Virus record (IMG/VR): IMGVR_UViG_3300008952_000034
Location: 1 to 64,000 of that record
DNA length: 64,000 nucleotides
Source of the DNA: an uncultured virus (IMG/VR IMGVR_UViG_3300008952_000034)
Lineage: Duplodnaviria; Heunggongvirae; Uroviricota; Caudoviricetes
Direction: 5' to 3' (one strand)
In this document: positions 39,301 to 48,531 of the stretch, piece after piece
How positions within the stretch are numbered: the first letter of the stretch is position 1
Layout: every line of letters begins with the position of its first letter
The notes under the pieces: generated by a model
Databases searched by the model: none
What the model saw: the letters and a program-made list of their open reading frames with translations, nothing else
Told to the model about the DNA's origin: nothing
Made by a program: the position numbers and the translations under genes

Positions 39301-42221
39301 AACCTTCCATTTTATGCGACTTTTTAATCATCTGTGATATAAGGCAAACCTATCTGCGAACTTTTTATGACAAAAAGCCGACGGTCTTGAATAAATTTGA
39401 ACTCTTGAATCGTTTGAATAAATTGAACCACCCCTATACTTTCTTCGAAGTGGCACTATCTTCGCAAGTCTATTTGTCATTTTATGATTTTCAATTGTAT
39501 TTGGTATATCCTTTGCAAAGGCATATTCATATCCGGGTGCCTTATATTGGTTCAACCAATTCTGCATTTCTAAAGGTAAACAGAATTTGACAAGTCTATC
39601 CATTACTTTCCAAAATAAGGTTGATTTAAAAATTTTCCAAAATAGTCATCGTCTCTCTTACCTTTTGCTGGCCTATGACCTAAATAATTGTGACCTTCTC
39701 CAACTACTTGAGGACCATGATCACAACTTATAACCCAACCTGCAGGTCCGTATAATACAGCCTTACCGGAATGAGTTTGACCTTGTTTATTTTGATAAAA
39801 AACTTTATCACCTTTTCTTATCTCGTCATAACATTCATCAGTCCACATTTACTTTTTCTCCCTTTGAGTAATCTATGATTTCTTTGTTATCACCTATTCT
39901 TTCTGCTTCTAATTGAGCTTCATACTCCGCCATTGATTCTGTGATACCATACAAGTCATCTAACTCTTTACCTTCCGAAGTATTCCAAAATTTATCTGTA
40001 GACCCTTTAGGTACCGTATCAGATATATTCCAACATTGGTCGTCTCCATTATCCCATATTCCCATAAAGTCACAGCCACCTTCATAATAGGTTGTTCTGA
40101 TACTGACATTAGAATTATTGGCTAGGAACTCTTCATAAGCACCAATTGGTGGTGCCCAAGCTGAATCAAATCCAAATGATATTTCTGATTCATCATCATT
40201 AATATAGTTTCTATCAACGCCATAGAACTCATGAATGTCCCATTTCGTAGACCAGTTTTCTACCGCCCAGTCATACCAATTTGAATATCCATACTTCTTC
40301 ATCATTGCTTTATTTTTAGAACCGTCCGCCGTCGTCTCTATTAAGCCTTCTGGCATTGGATGAAAATAATGTAAAAGACCATCTGCTTGTTTTTCGTATT
40401 TTTCGTTCTTAACAATCTTTTCAATCTTATCAATTATCTTATTAGGTCCTGTGATAGTGATATTATTATTGCACCAATTAGGCATTAATAGCCTCCTTGG
40501 ATAAATGTGATCCTGGAACATTCCATCTAGTTCCACCTAATGTTCTAACCAAAACATATTTGATTTTGATCTTCTCAACCTTCGCTTCTAAAAGTGTATT
40601 TCTACGACCTCTAAAAAATACCGTATCACCCACCTTGAATGAATGAGCATTTATAGTATGAAGTTGGTTTCTTCTCAACTTAATAGCATCTACAACTGAA
40701 TCCACTTCTGAACTCTTTAGGCTGTAAATCCCTTTTATTATTGTTTCTAGTTTTTTGTTCATATATTCAACTCTCCTTTATTATTCATTATAACATGGAT
40801 GGTAATACCGTCAACCTCACTATTCTACCCATATTTCTTGACTTTTTAAAGCATCTTCAATCGTTGCTCTATTAGATTTGGTATAAACATAGAAGATTGA
40901 AGAATTCATTTCTTCTCCATCTACTACGGCATCTATACCTGCATATTTTAAAGCATTTTGAATTGACGGTACGATACTTCTATCTTCGTCTAAATCCCAA
41001 TCGCCTAAATCTTCTACGGCGAAAGTATGTTTATGACTTTCAACTTGTCCTTCATAACTCATTATTTTATTCCTCCTATTTCTAAAATTGTATCTTTAAT
41101 AATTTGATGTCTTTCTTCATGTACCGATGCTCCCCAAGTACCTTCTTCGGTCTTCTCTATAACTTTCCCTGTCAATACCGCACCTTGATATATTTTTGAT
41201 GCGGTACTGACCTCTTCTACTGGTGTAAGGAGCATGACTAATCCTGTTATCAATCCTGTGACATTCATATCAATTTCACCAATATAATAATTTGTAGAAC
41301 TATAATCACAACTGGAAGGATTGTTCTAACCAATTCCATAGTGTGGTTATATTCATCTAGTTTTCTTTCTAAATAATTTCTTTTATTTTTCATCTAAACT
41401 TGCTTTCTAAATTTCCTAAATGGATATCTACCCAATCTTCTAATTCATCTGCGAACCCTTTATACTCTTCAAAAGTATATCCTAATTCTTCTGCTTTCTT
41501 TTTAAATCTATGAGCAACTGATTTTGGTCCCATCAAAGCATCGTCACCATTCCATGAACATACACCTTCTGTGAAGTTTCCTAATTCATATTGCTCTATG
41601 AAATTATCATAAAGTTCTTCTAAACTTTGTTTGATTTTTTCTTTAACTATTTCTACCATAATCTCCCTTGGCTAATCGACATTCCATTTTCATCATAATT
41701 CATATATTCGTCCCAAAATTCTTCTGTCTCTTTTTCTCTTAACAGATTTGAATGTAATTGGTTCTCTTCATTTATTAAATCTAATGTTCTAAAGTCTGCC
41801 AACATATCTTCAAAAGGTATTTGGTCGTTGCTATTCCATCTAACAACTCCTTCTTTATCAATATAGGCACCTGTGTGACCATTAGTACCATTAAAATTAT
41901 CTCTAATTTGGTCTTCGTTGTATCCACTACCGTTTCTATTATTGTATCCTATCATTGAATTTGACATTAGTTTTTCTCCTTACCTGAGTACCAAGGTGAT
42001 TTATAAGTGTGGTCTCCGCCAACGGCTTCAACTTCTCTCCAAGGACCTTTGATACTGAAACTATATGGATTGACCATTGCTCCAGGATTTTTAAACATTC
42101 TTTCTAAAATTCTTCTGCATTTAGACAAAGTAAACGGTCCACCATAAATTGTATAATCTTCTAAACCGTCTTCGCCCATTTCCATTTCTGTGATATAAAA
42201 TTGTTTTCTATTTTTTAGCAT
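36304..42221 (-). CDS. Block of small early hypothetical genes (36304-36687, 36753-36962, 37071-37388, 37381-37620, 37620-38159, 38159-38548, 38548-38853, 38853-39230, 39328-39603, 39603-39848, 40478-40762, 40820-41062, 41062-41268, 41390-41659, 41653-41967, 41967-42221)
   Basis: Co-oriented, coupled; starts adjusted to lie downstream of promoters. Confidence 0.7.
36750..36796. promoter_or_regulatory. Tandem NrdR-box-like pair (31-bp spacing)
   Basis: CCACTATATCTTGTGT and GCACTATATCTAGTGC. Confidence 0.7.
39838..40485 (-). CDS. DUF1281/YubB-like protein
   Basis: MPNWCNN, WYDWAVENWSTKWD, FDSAWAPP, YYEGG. Confidence 0.7.
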   Translation of the reverse strand: MPNWCNNNITITGPNKIIDKIEKIVKNEKYEKQADGLLHYFHPMPEGLIETTADGSKNKAMMKKYGYSNWYDWAVENWSTKWDIHEFYGVDRNYINDDESEISFGFDSAWAPPIGAYEEFLANNSNVSIRTTYYEGGCDFMGIWDNGDDQCWNISDTVPKGSTDKFWNTSEGKELDDLYGITESMAEYEAQLEAERIGDNKEIIDYSKGEKVNVD

Positions 42222-42362
42222 TTCAACTCCTTCTTTCATACTTCAGTATAACATAGGTCTAGTACCCGTCAACCTGGTAAAAGAAAATAGGTGAAAATTT
42301 TGGTATATATAAAGCCGAGCAGAAAAGCCAGTAAAATAGCGACTAATTCATCAGATTGAATG

Positions 42363-42456
42363 GCACTAGATATAGTGTTGGTCTTATTTGAAGACACAAG
42401 ATGTAGTGCCACACGATTTCGTACCGGTTGACAAGATCAACTACAAGATATAGTCT
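42363..42456. promoter_or_regulatory. Three NrdR-box-like sites
   Basis: GCACTAGATATAGTGT (42363), ACACAAGATGTAGTGC (42394), CTACAAGATATAGTCT (42441). Confidence 0.7.
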
Positions 42457-42461
42457 TATCA

Positions 42462-42853
42462 AGTGTAATTGATGAGCTGTCATTACACTGAAATGATGAT
42501 GACATATCAGCAATTCATGTTATAATATATTATAACCAAAAAAAAGGAGTTGAATCAATGCCAATCGTGTCTAAGCAATTTGTAGAGTTCTTAAATGCCC
42601 AAGTCAAATATAAGTCGTACTCTGTTCATCACAAGTATCATCGTCCCGCTTATATCAAATTTAAAACTTATGCTCAAGCCAAATCTTATTGCATAAAGCA
42701 TAATTTAGATCATAGTAGTAGTTGGGTTCTAACTACTGTCAATCATTGTTAGTAATCTAAACTATCAAATCTAATTTTCAGTGTAATTGATGAGCTATCA
42801 TTACACTGGAATCATAAATGACATATCAGCAATTCATGTTATAATATATTATA
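42462..42853 (+). repeat. Direct repeat of palindrome+promoter cassette (42462-42534 and 42780-42853)
   Basis: 28-bp palindromes differing at one base and an identical 36-bp ATGACA...TATAATATATTATA block. Confidence 0.9.
42558..42752 (+). CDS. Small basic protein, paralog of 24753..24950
   Basis: Sequence similarity; AAGGAGTTGAA RBS. Confidence 0.8.
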   Translation: MPIVSKQFVEFLNAQVKYKSYSVHHKYHRPAYIKFKTYAQAKSYCIKHNLDHSSSWVLTTVNHC

Positions 42854-42867
42854 CAGAAAGGAGTTGA

Positions 42868-43137
42868 ATGAATAAAAATGATAAAATGCTTTATCAAAAA
42901 GCATATAAGCAATTAGAAGCAAGAATCGTATCACATCTGCCATTGACTGACATGAGTCAAGCTCATATTAATACAAATTTGAATTTAAAACACTATCTTC
43001 AAACTTGTCAAAGTCATATTAAATATTTTATTAATGATTTGACGAAAGAGCTTAAAAGAGATACTGATCTTTCTAAAGATGATCTTAAAAAAATCGTTAA
43101 GCAATTGACGATAGATTACATCAATACGATTACATAG
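42868..43137 (+). CDS. Hypothetical helical protein
   Basis: AAGGAGTTGA RBS; hairpin at 43147-43174. Confidence 0.75.
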   Translation: MNKNDKMLYQKAYKQLEARIVSHLPLTDMSQAHINTNLNLKHYLQTCQSHIKYFINDLTKELKRDTDLSKDDLKKIVKQLTIDYINTIT

Positions 43138-43146
43138 AAGCGATAT

Positions 43147-43174
43147 GATAATGGGTCAGCGATGGCCCATTATC
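43147..43174. terminator. Hairpin between convergent genes
   Basis: GATAATGGGTCA-GCGA-TGGCCCATTATC. Confidence 0.65.
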
Positions 43175-43196
43175 TAAATTACCAAATATACCTAAA

Positions 43197-43385
43197 TTAC
43201 CAAATTGAATCTTCTTTTGGTTTCTTATCTTTGTCAAATTGTTTTGAGTTTGGTGTGTTGTTGGCCAAGTCGTCTAAAAATTTTTCTTCTTCGATTTGAT
43301 TTAATCTTCTCTCAACCGGAAACCTAATCACATTTTTAAATTGAGTAAATTTGATTTGTCTCTTCAACCAATCAATATATTTCAT
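43197..43385 (-). CDS. Hypothetical protein
   Basis: ORF track. Confidence 0.55.
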   Translation of the reverse strand: MKYIDWLKRQIKFTQFKNVIRFPVERRLNQIEEEKFLDDLANNTPNSKQFDKDKKPKEDSIW

Positions 43386-43390
43386 ATTGA

Positions 43391-43885
43391 TTATTTTGGT
43401 TTAACAGTTTTTGATTTTAATGGTGGACGAGCACCTGTTTTCGTTCCGCCGAGTTTCGGTGCTGAACCTTTTGTTTTTTTAATCTGAACACCTTTTAATC
43501 TTTTAGCACCTGCTCCAGATCTTTTTGTGATACCTAATTTCTTTCCTGCCGTTCTGGCTTTGATTGATCTTCTCTTTCTAATCTTTGCAGACCTTTGCGG
43601 GTCAGTTTTTTGAAAACAGGTTGATGGTTTGGCAACGATTCTGCCTTTTCTTGGACCGCTCGTGCATCTAAAACCTTTCGTAGGCATTCCACCTTTCTTT
43701 CTTCTAAAAATTTGGCTCACTCCTTCTGAAATTGCAGAATGATCTGACATTTCTAAAATATTACCATCAACCATTTCTGGTACTATATCTTGTGTCAACC
43801 GAGTTGATTGACCACTAGATATTGTGGCACTAGATGTAGTGCCTTCTGAATTTTTTGGTACTACGATGAATTCTTTGATCTTCAT
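43391..43885 (-). CDS. Basic late protein, possible internal head protein
   Basis: MKIKEF start, ISE/G then K/R-rich region with FRCTSGPRKGR; TAAATA upstream. Confidence 0.65.
   Translation of the reverse strand: MKIKEFIVVPKNSEGTTSSATISSGQSTRLTQDIVPEMVDGNILEMSDHSAISEGVSQIFRRKKGGMPTKGFRCTSGPRKGRIVAKPSTCFQKTDPQRSAKIRKRRSIKARTAGKKLGITKRSGAGAKRLKGVQIKKTKGSAPKLGGTKTGARPPLKSKTVKPK
43780..43842. promoter_or_regulatory. Three NrdR-box-like sites inside a CDS
   Basis: GTACTATATCTTGTGT (43780), CCACTAGATATTGTGG (43812), GCACTAGATGTAGTGC (43827). Confidence 0.6.
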
Positions 43886-43914
43886 ATCGGTATTTACCTA
43901 GACAACTCTGGATA

Positions 43915-43986
43915 GAGAACTGACGAGAACTGACGAGAACTGACGAGAACTAATAGAACTAATAGAACTAAAGCAATACGAACTGA
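43915..43986 (+). repeat. Tandem GAGAACTGAC x3 decaying into AGAACTAAT repeats
   Basis: Direct reading. Confidence 0.85.
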
Positions 43987-44065
43987 TAGTAGTAACAATA
44001 TATTACAGGGTGCTACATTTTAACAAGATCAACTTCATTGTTGTAAACGGTTAAATACAAGCACA

Positions 44066-44302
44066 ATGAAGATATTAGAAGTAATAGGAACAAAAGAAAA
44101 CATAGGACCAGCACCGTCAGGTGTATGCTCTAAACCTACATCATCTTTACCAGCATCTTGGGTATCTTCTTGTAAGTCACAAGGCAAAAGAAAACGTACC
44201 GGGAACCGTGTAGCCAAGCTAGGTGGTAAGACTAAAAAGGTTGCAGGTAAACGAATCAAAGGTAAGAAATACGGTGGACCTTTGCCAGATTATTCAGAAT
44301 AA
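44066..44302 (+). CDS. Small basic late protein
   Basis: TAAATA at 44052; MKILEV start. Confidence 0.65.
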   Translation: MKILEVIGTKENIGPAPSGVCSKPTSSLPASWVSSCKSQGKRKRTGNRVAKLGGKTKKVAGKRIKGKKYGGPLPDYSE

Positions 44303-44355
44303 CAAGCTAAACCAAAGACCTAATAGCGAGCCAATAGCGAGCCATAACTAGGTAT

Positions 44356-45492
44356 ATGCAAATAGGCTTTATAGGATTAGGTAAATTGGGTATGCCATGT
44401 GCAGAAGCAGTTTCAGACAAAGGATTTAATGTGCTTGGATATGATATACTGCCTAAAACCAGTACAAAGATAGATATAAAAGATTCAATACAAGAAGTTA
44501 TAGAACAATCGGATATTGTATTTGTTGCAACTCCTACTCCACATGAAGAAGGATACGATGGAAGAAATCCTACAAGTCATCTGCCACCTAAAGACTTTAA
44601 CTATGATTCAGTAAAAGAAGTTTTAAAAGAATGCAACAAGTATGTTAAGAATGAACAAACACTTACATTAATATCAACAGTACTACCCGGAACAATAAGA
44701 AGAGAACTTGCTCCTATTGTTACAAATACAAGATTGATTTATAATCCTTATCTAATTGCTATGGGTAGTGTAGGTTGGGATATGATTAATCCTGAAATGA
44801 TTATTATAGGCACAATGAAAGGCAATATAGTTACAGCCAATAGAGCAAAACATCTTTTGCATTTCTACGGAAGGATATGCGATAACAATCCTAGAATAGA
44901 ATTTGGCACTTGGGAAGAAGCAGAAGCAATTAAAATATTCTACAACACTTTCATTAGCAACAAACTTGCATTAGTTAATATGATACAAGACGTTGCTGAA
45001 CGTTTGGGCAACATGGATGTTGATATAGTGACCAAAGCACTGGCAAAAAGCACTCAAAGAATTAACAGTCCTGCCTACATGAAAGCAGGTATGGGAGATG
45101 GTGGTGCTTGTCATCCGCGTGATAATATAGCACTTCGTTGGTTAGCAAAAGATATAGGATTAGGATATGACCTATTTCAAAGTATAATGACTGCACGTGA
45201 AAAACAAGCAGAAAATATGGCAAAAGCAATATTAAAATATGGTAAAAACATATACTTTACATCAGACTCTTACAAACCTAACACAAATTTAATAGATGGA
45301 TCATACTCTTTACTCGTACAATATTACGTTAAAAAACATGGTGGAACACTAGTAAATGGTTTTGATACTCCCGTAGAAGTTATTGTAAGGGTGCATGAAA
45401 CAAATAATATAACAGCAGATAATAAAACTGTTATATTTGATCCATGGAGAACATATCCAAAAGCAAATAATGTAGTTTATTATGGTAAATAA
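44356..45492 (+). CDS. UDP-glucose/GDP-mannose dehydrogenase family
   Basis: GLGKLG, PTP, ISTVLPG, KIFYN, GGACHPRD. Confidence 0.9.
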   Translation: MQIGFIGLGKLGMPCAEAVSDKGFNVLGYDILPKTSTKIDIKDSIQEVIEQSDIVFVATPTPHEEGYDGRNPTSHLPPKDFNYDSVKEVLKECNKYVKNEQTLTLISTVLPGTIRRELAPIVTNTRLIYNPYLIAMGSVGWDMINPEMIIIGTMKGNIVTANRAKHLLHFYGRICDNNPRIEFGTWEEAEAIKIFYNTFISNKLALVNMIQDVAERLGNMDVDIVTKALAKSTQRINSPAYMKAGMGDGGACHPRDNIALRWLAKDIGLGYDLFQSIMTAREKQAENMAKAILKYGKNIYFTSDSYKPNTNLIDGSYSLLVQYYVKKHGGTLVNGFDTPVEVIVRVHETNNITADNKTVIFDPWRTYPKANNVVYYGK

Positions 45493-45516
45493 GTACTATT
45501 ATAGGAGAATTGATAT

Positions 45517-45924
45517 ATGCCAAATTCAGACAACCAAGATGGGGTATTTAATAAATTAACAAAAGAGATTAAGTACCATCACAATAAACCTGATCCAGCT
45601 GATGGGGATCCTGCAAATGATTCAGTTGTAACACAATCCTTTGGTGGCAACATAGAAACAGCAAAATCACATTTTTTTCATGCTGATGCTTTAACTAATA
45701 TGGATACAAATGGTACTCAACTAGATTATGCTATCACAGCTGATGGCAATGGCATTAAATTTACAATCGCTTTTGGTACTAAGGGTGCTGGAACTGCCGA
45801 AGCTGATGATTGGGCGGCTACATGGACAACTACTAAAGATAGTTTACTAGCGGCTAACAAATATGTAAATGTGAGAGCAGATCAATATTGGAGATCGACT
45901 GACGCTACACCTCACTTATTTTAA
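45517..45924 (+). CDS. Hypothetical late protein
   Basis: AGGAG RBS; A/T/D/G-rich. Confidence 0.65.
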   Translation: MPNSDNQDGVFNKLTKEIKYHHNKPDPADGDPANDSVVTQSFGGNIETAKSHFFHADALTNMDTNGTQLDYAITADGNGIKFTIAFGTKGAGTAEADDWAATWTTTKDSLLAANKYVNVRADQYWRSTDATPHLF

Positions 45925-45941
45925 TATAAAAAAGTTTTAAT

Positions 45942-47036
45942 ATGTTAATAGAACAATCAACATATTGTTCTTTATCCACATCTGCTTGGGACGACAGAAA
46001 CAAAAAGATGTGTTGTTGGGCAAAATTACCAGAATATAAAAATTATCAAGAAATGCACAATAACAATACTGTCAAACAGTTAGTCGATGATTTACAAAAC
46101 GGAATAAGAAACCCAATATGTAAAACTTGTTGGGCAATGGAAGACGATGGCATCTTTAGTATGAGACAACAATCGTTACAAAACGAAGGATTACCAAAAA
46201 CAAACGATTTTTTACAACAAGAACTACAAGATAAGAAATTAAAATATCTAATGTTAAATTCTGGAATACAGTGCAACTTCGCTTGTAGGACTTGCGGACC
46301 ATGGAGTAGTACAGGGCATTACAATGAATGGGCAGAGAAAAACGGGAGAGCCTGGAAAACAGACAACGTTGACTTGGAAGGATTATTAAAGCAAGACTTA
46401 TCTAATGTAAAAAATATTGAAGTACTTGGTGGAGAACCTTTTACAAATTTAGATCATTTAAAGGTTATTGACAAGTTAAAGAATTCTCAACCATATTGGT
46501 TAACTTATACAACAAATGGGTCTGTGAGAATAAGAAAAGAAATATTAGATAAATTTACAAATTTCAAAGCAGTCAACATCTGTTTATCAATTGATGCTAT
46601 AGGTAAACCTTTTGAATATATTAGAACTTTAGGCAAATGGGATCAAATTGTGAAAAATGTAGCAAATCTACAAGAGCAAATGAAAACATACAAACACCTA
46701 AGTATTAACGCACATATAACTATTAGTGCTTTAAATGTATTGTATATAAACGAGTCAATCGATTGGCTTGATTCTAAAAATATTCCATTTGACTTTACAT
46801 ATTGTTATAACCCAAACGAATATTCAATGAATCTTTTTAATGAAAAACAAAAACGACATATCATTAACTACCTTAAAGATAAAAAGGAAACTGCACCAAT
46901 AATCAAACACATAGAAAACTCGAAGTTTGATGAAGAGTTGTTCGAAAAATTTAAATATGCGGTTTCTTTTACAGAAAAATTTAGAAAACTTTCATTAAAA
47001 GATTATCTACCTAAACTTCACGAACTAGTAATATAA
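45942..47036 (+). CDS. Radical SAM protein with N-terminal twitch-like region
   Basis: CNFACRTC, GGEPF, TTNG, SIDA. Confidence 0.9.
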   Translation: MLIEQSTYCSLSTSAWDDRNKKMCCWAKLPEYKNYQEMHNNNTVKQLVDDLQNGIRNPICKTCWAMEDDGIFSMRQQSLQNEGLPKTNDFLQQELQDKKLKYLMLNSGIQCNFACRTCGPWSSTGHYNEWAEKNGRAWKTDNVDLEGLLKQDLSNVKNIEVLGGEPFTNLDHLKVIDKLKNSQPYWLTYTTNGSVRIRKEILDKFTNFKAVNICLSIDAIGKPFEYIRTLGKWDQIVKNVANLQEQMKTYKHLSINAHITISALNVLYINESIDWLDSKNIPFDFTYCYNPNEYSMNLFNEKQKRHIINYLKDKKETAPIIKHIENSKFDEELFEKFKYAVSFTEKFRKLSLKDYLPKLHELVI

Positions 47037-48116
47037 TTTAAAATTAGGAATATAATCATCTATGTTTATATTTCTTCTAGTATTAATTGGTTCAAGATAA
47101 TTTATTGTTTTAGAATAATCATAATTTTCTTGTGTGTATAGTGTACTTGTAAGATATTCAAATCCTGAACCTTGTATTTGTTTTTCAAATTCTTTTTTTA
47201 AATCCAATGGTGCATTTAAAATACAAAGTTCTGCAGGTGTATGAACGTGTTGAATATACTGACCAACATATCTTTCCCTTTGCTCAAAGTATTGATACAA
47301 GTCATTAAACCATTCAATAAAGTCTTTAATATTAAACATTGATAGTATTTGAATTGCTGTATCTATTTTTACTGTAAGGGTAGACAGCTCTGTTAGTGTT
47401 TTAATATTTTCTGTTACCTTTTCAAAGTTACTTGGATATCTTATATAATCATTTGCTTGTCCATAAGCATCAACACTTACTGAAATGTTCACATTTTTAA
47501 AATAAGGTAGATATGAATAAAACTTTTCTTGGACATTTGTTAAATTTGTTACAACGTTTAGATGTATGTTCTTTAGAATATTGTTATCTTTTAAAAACTG
47601 AAAATAAGTTATATATTGTTGAATTATTGAAGGCTCTCCTCCTTGTAAAGTTAAGTGTTTGAGATCGTAACTTAACTCACATATTTCATCTAACTCTTTA
47701 TCTGCAATAGAAGTAACACTATTATTATCAGTAAATCGTCCTAGCTCTTTTGCCCACATTGAACTTCTTGATGGATCACACATGACACATTTCAAATTAC
47801 AAAAATTAGATAGATCTAAATCAAGATGTTGTGGTAAATTGTTGTGTTCTAGATCTTTAAATTGTCCATTGTAAAGTTGTCTAAAACTTTGTATACCTTT
47901 ATCTTCCATTTCATAACAAGGAGTACAATCTTTAATTTTAATATTATTAGACAAATTTTGTCTAGCCTTTAATAATTTAGAATGCCATACAGTTTTTGGA
48001 GAGTCGTTATATCTTTTAAAAGAAGCACAGCACAAAGCATGACCTCTTTGTGTGTGTGAAAATTGTGCCCCTATTATACCTTGTTTGCAATACATAACAG
48101 TATTTAACGGCCACAA
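47025..48116 (-). CDS. Radical SAM protein with N-terminal twitch-like region (likely start MYCK)
   Basis: CNLKCVMC, GGEP, YIRYPS. Confidence 0.9.
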   Translation of the reverse strand: MWPLNTVMYCKQGIIGAQFSHTQRGHALCCASFKRYNDSPKTVWHSKLLKARQNLSNNIKIKDCTPCYEMEDKGIQSFRQLYNGQFKDLEHNNLPQHLDLDLSNFCNLKCVMCDPSRSSMWAKELGRFTDNNSVTSIADKELDEICELSYDLKHLTLQGGEPSIIQQYITYFQFLKDNNILKNIHLNVVTNLTNVQEKFYSYLPYFKNVNISVSVDAYGQANDYIRYPSNFEKVTENIKTLTELSTLTVKIDTAIQILSMFNIKDFIEWFNDLYQYFEQRERYVGQYIQHVHTPAELCILNAPLDLKKEFEKQIQGSGFEYLTSTLYTQENYDYSKTINYLEPINTRRNINIDDYIPNFKLYY

Positions 48117-48144
48117 AAAAAGGGCGATATTTCTACCGCCCTTT
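48114..48144 (-). terminator. Rho-independent terminator
   Basis: AAAGGGCG...CGCCCT followed by a T run on the minus strand. Confidence 0.8.
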
Positions 48145-48159
48145 AAATTAAAATATTAA

Positions 48160-48531
48160 TTACGCAGAGTAATTAATAACTTTTCTGCCTGATTTTCTTA
48201 GCAATGAAATTATATTTGCTTTCATTGTTAATGCAGATGATTTAGGTGCAACACCTAAAATATTCACAGTAAAGTCTAAACCTTTAGATAACAACTTGTT
48301 AGTTGCAGTCTTTCTTGCAGTATTTTTTACTGCTAGGTTTTTAAACTTAATTTTGCCACCGTTAACTTCTCCATTTACTTTATAGTTAGAAGCCGGTTCT
48401 GCAAATACACCAATTTGCTTTGCTCTAGTTTTAAAGTTTCTAGTGTAAACAACGTATTGTGTTGAGTTTGCCATATGGTTATTTTCCTTTTTAGTATAAG
48501 GAAAAAATGTCTTTACTATATTGCTAAACAT
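48160..48531 (-). CDS. Basic hypothetical protein with its own TTGACA-N17-TATAAT promoter and terminator
   Basis: Promoter ~48597-48625; AAGGAG RBS. Confidence 0.7.
   Translation of the reverse strand: MFSNIVKTFFPYTKKENNHMANSTQYVVYTRNFKTRAKQIGVFAEPASNYKVNGEVNGGKIKFKNLAVKNTARKTATNKLLSKGLDFTVNILGVAPKSSALTMKANIISLLRKSGRKVINYSA

Larger units (their letters stand above)
26418..42272 (-). promoter_or_regulatory. Eight early promoters TTGAC(N)-N16-TA(T/A)(A)(A/C/T)T with extended -10 TG
   Basis: 26418-26445, 28798-28825, 31857-31884, 33550-33577, 36712-36739, 39265-39292, 40787-40814, 42245-42272. Confidence 0.85.

Noticed and set aside
36688..42239. Upstream starts given in the track for ORFs ending at 36304, 38853, 39838 and 41967
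   Set aside because: They run through promoters, RBSs or the previous gene; downstream ATGs at 36687, 39230, 40485 and 42221 fit better.
43915..43986. Alphaproteobacterial LexA box (GAAC-N7-GAAC) or CRISPR array
   Set aside because: GAAC spacing is N6/N5, and there are no unique spacers or cas genes.
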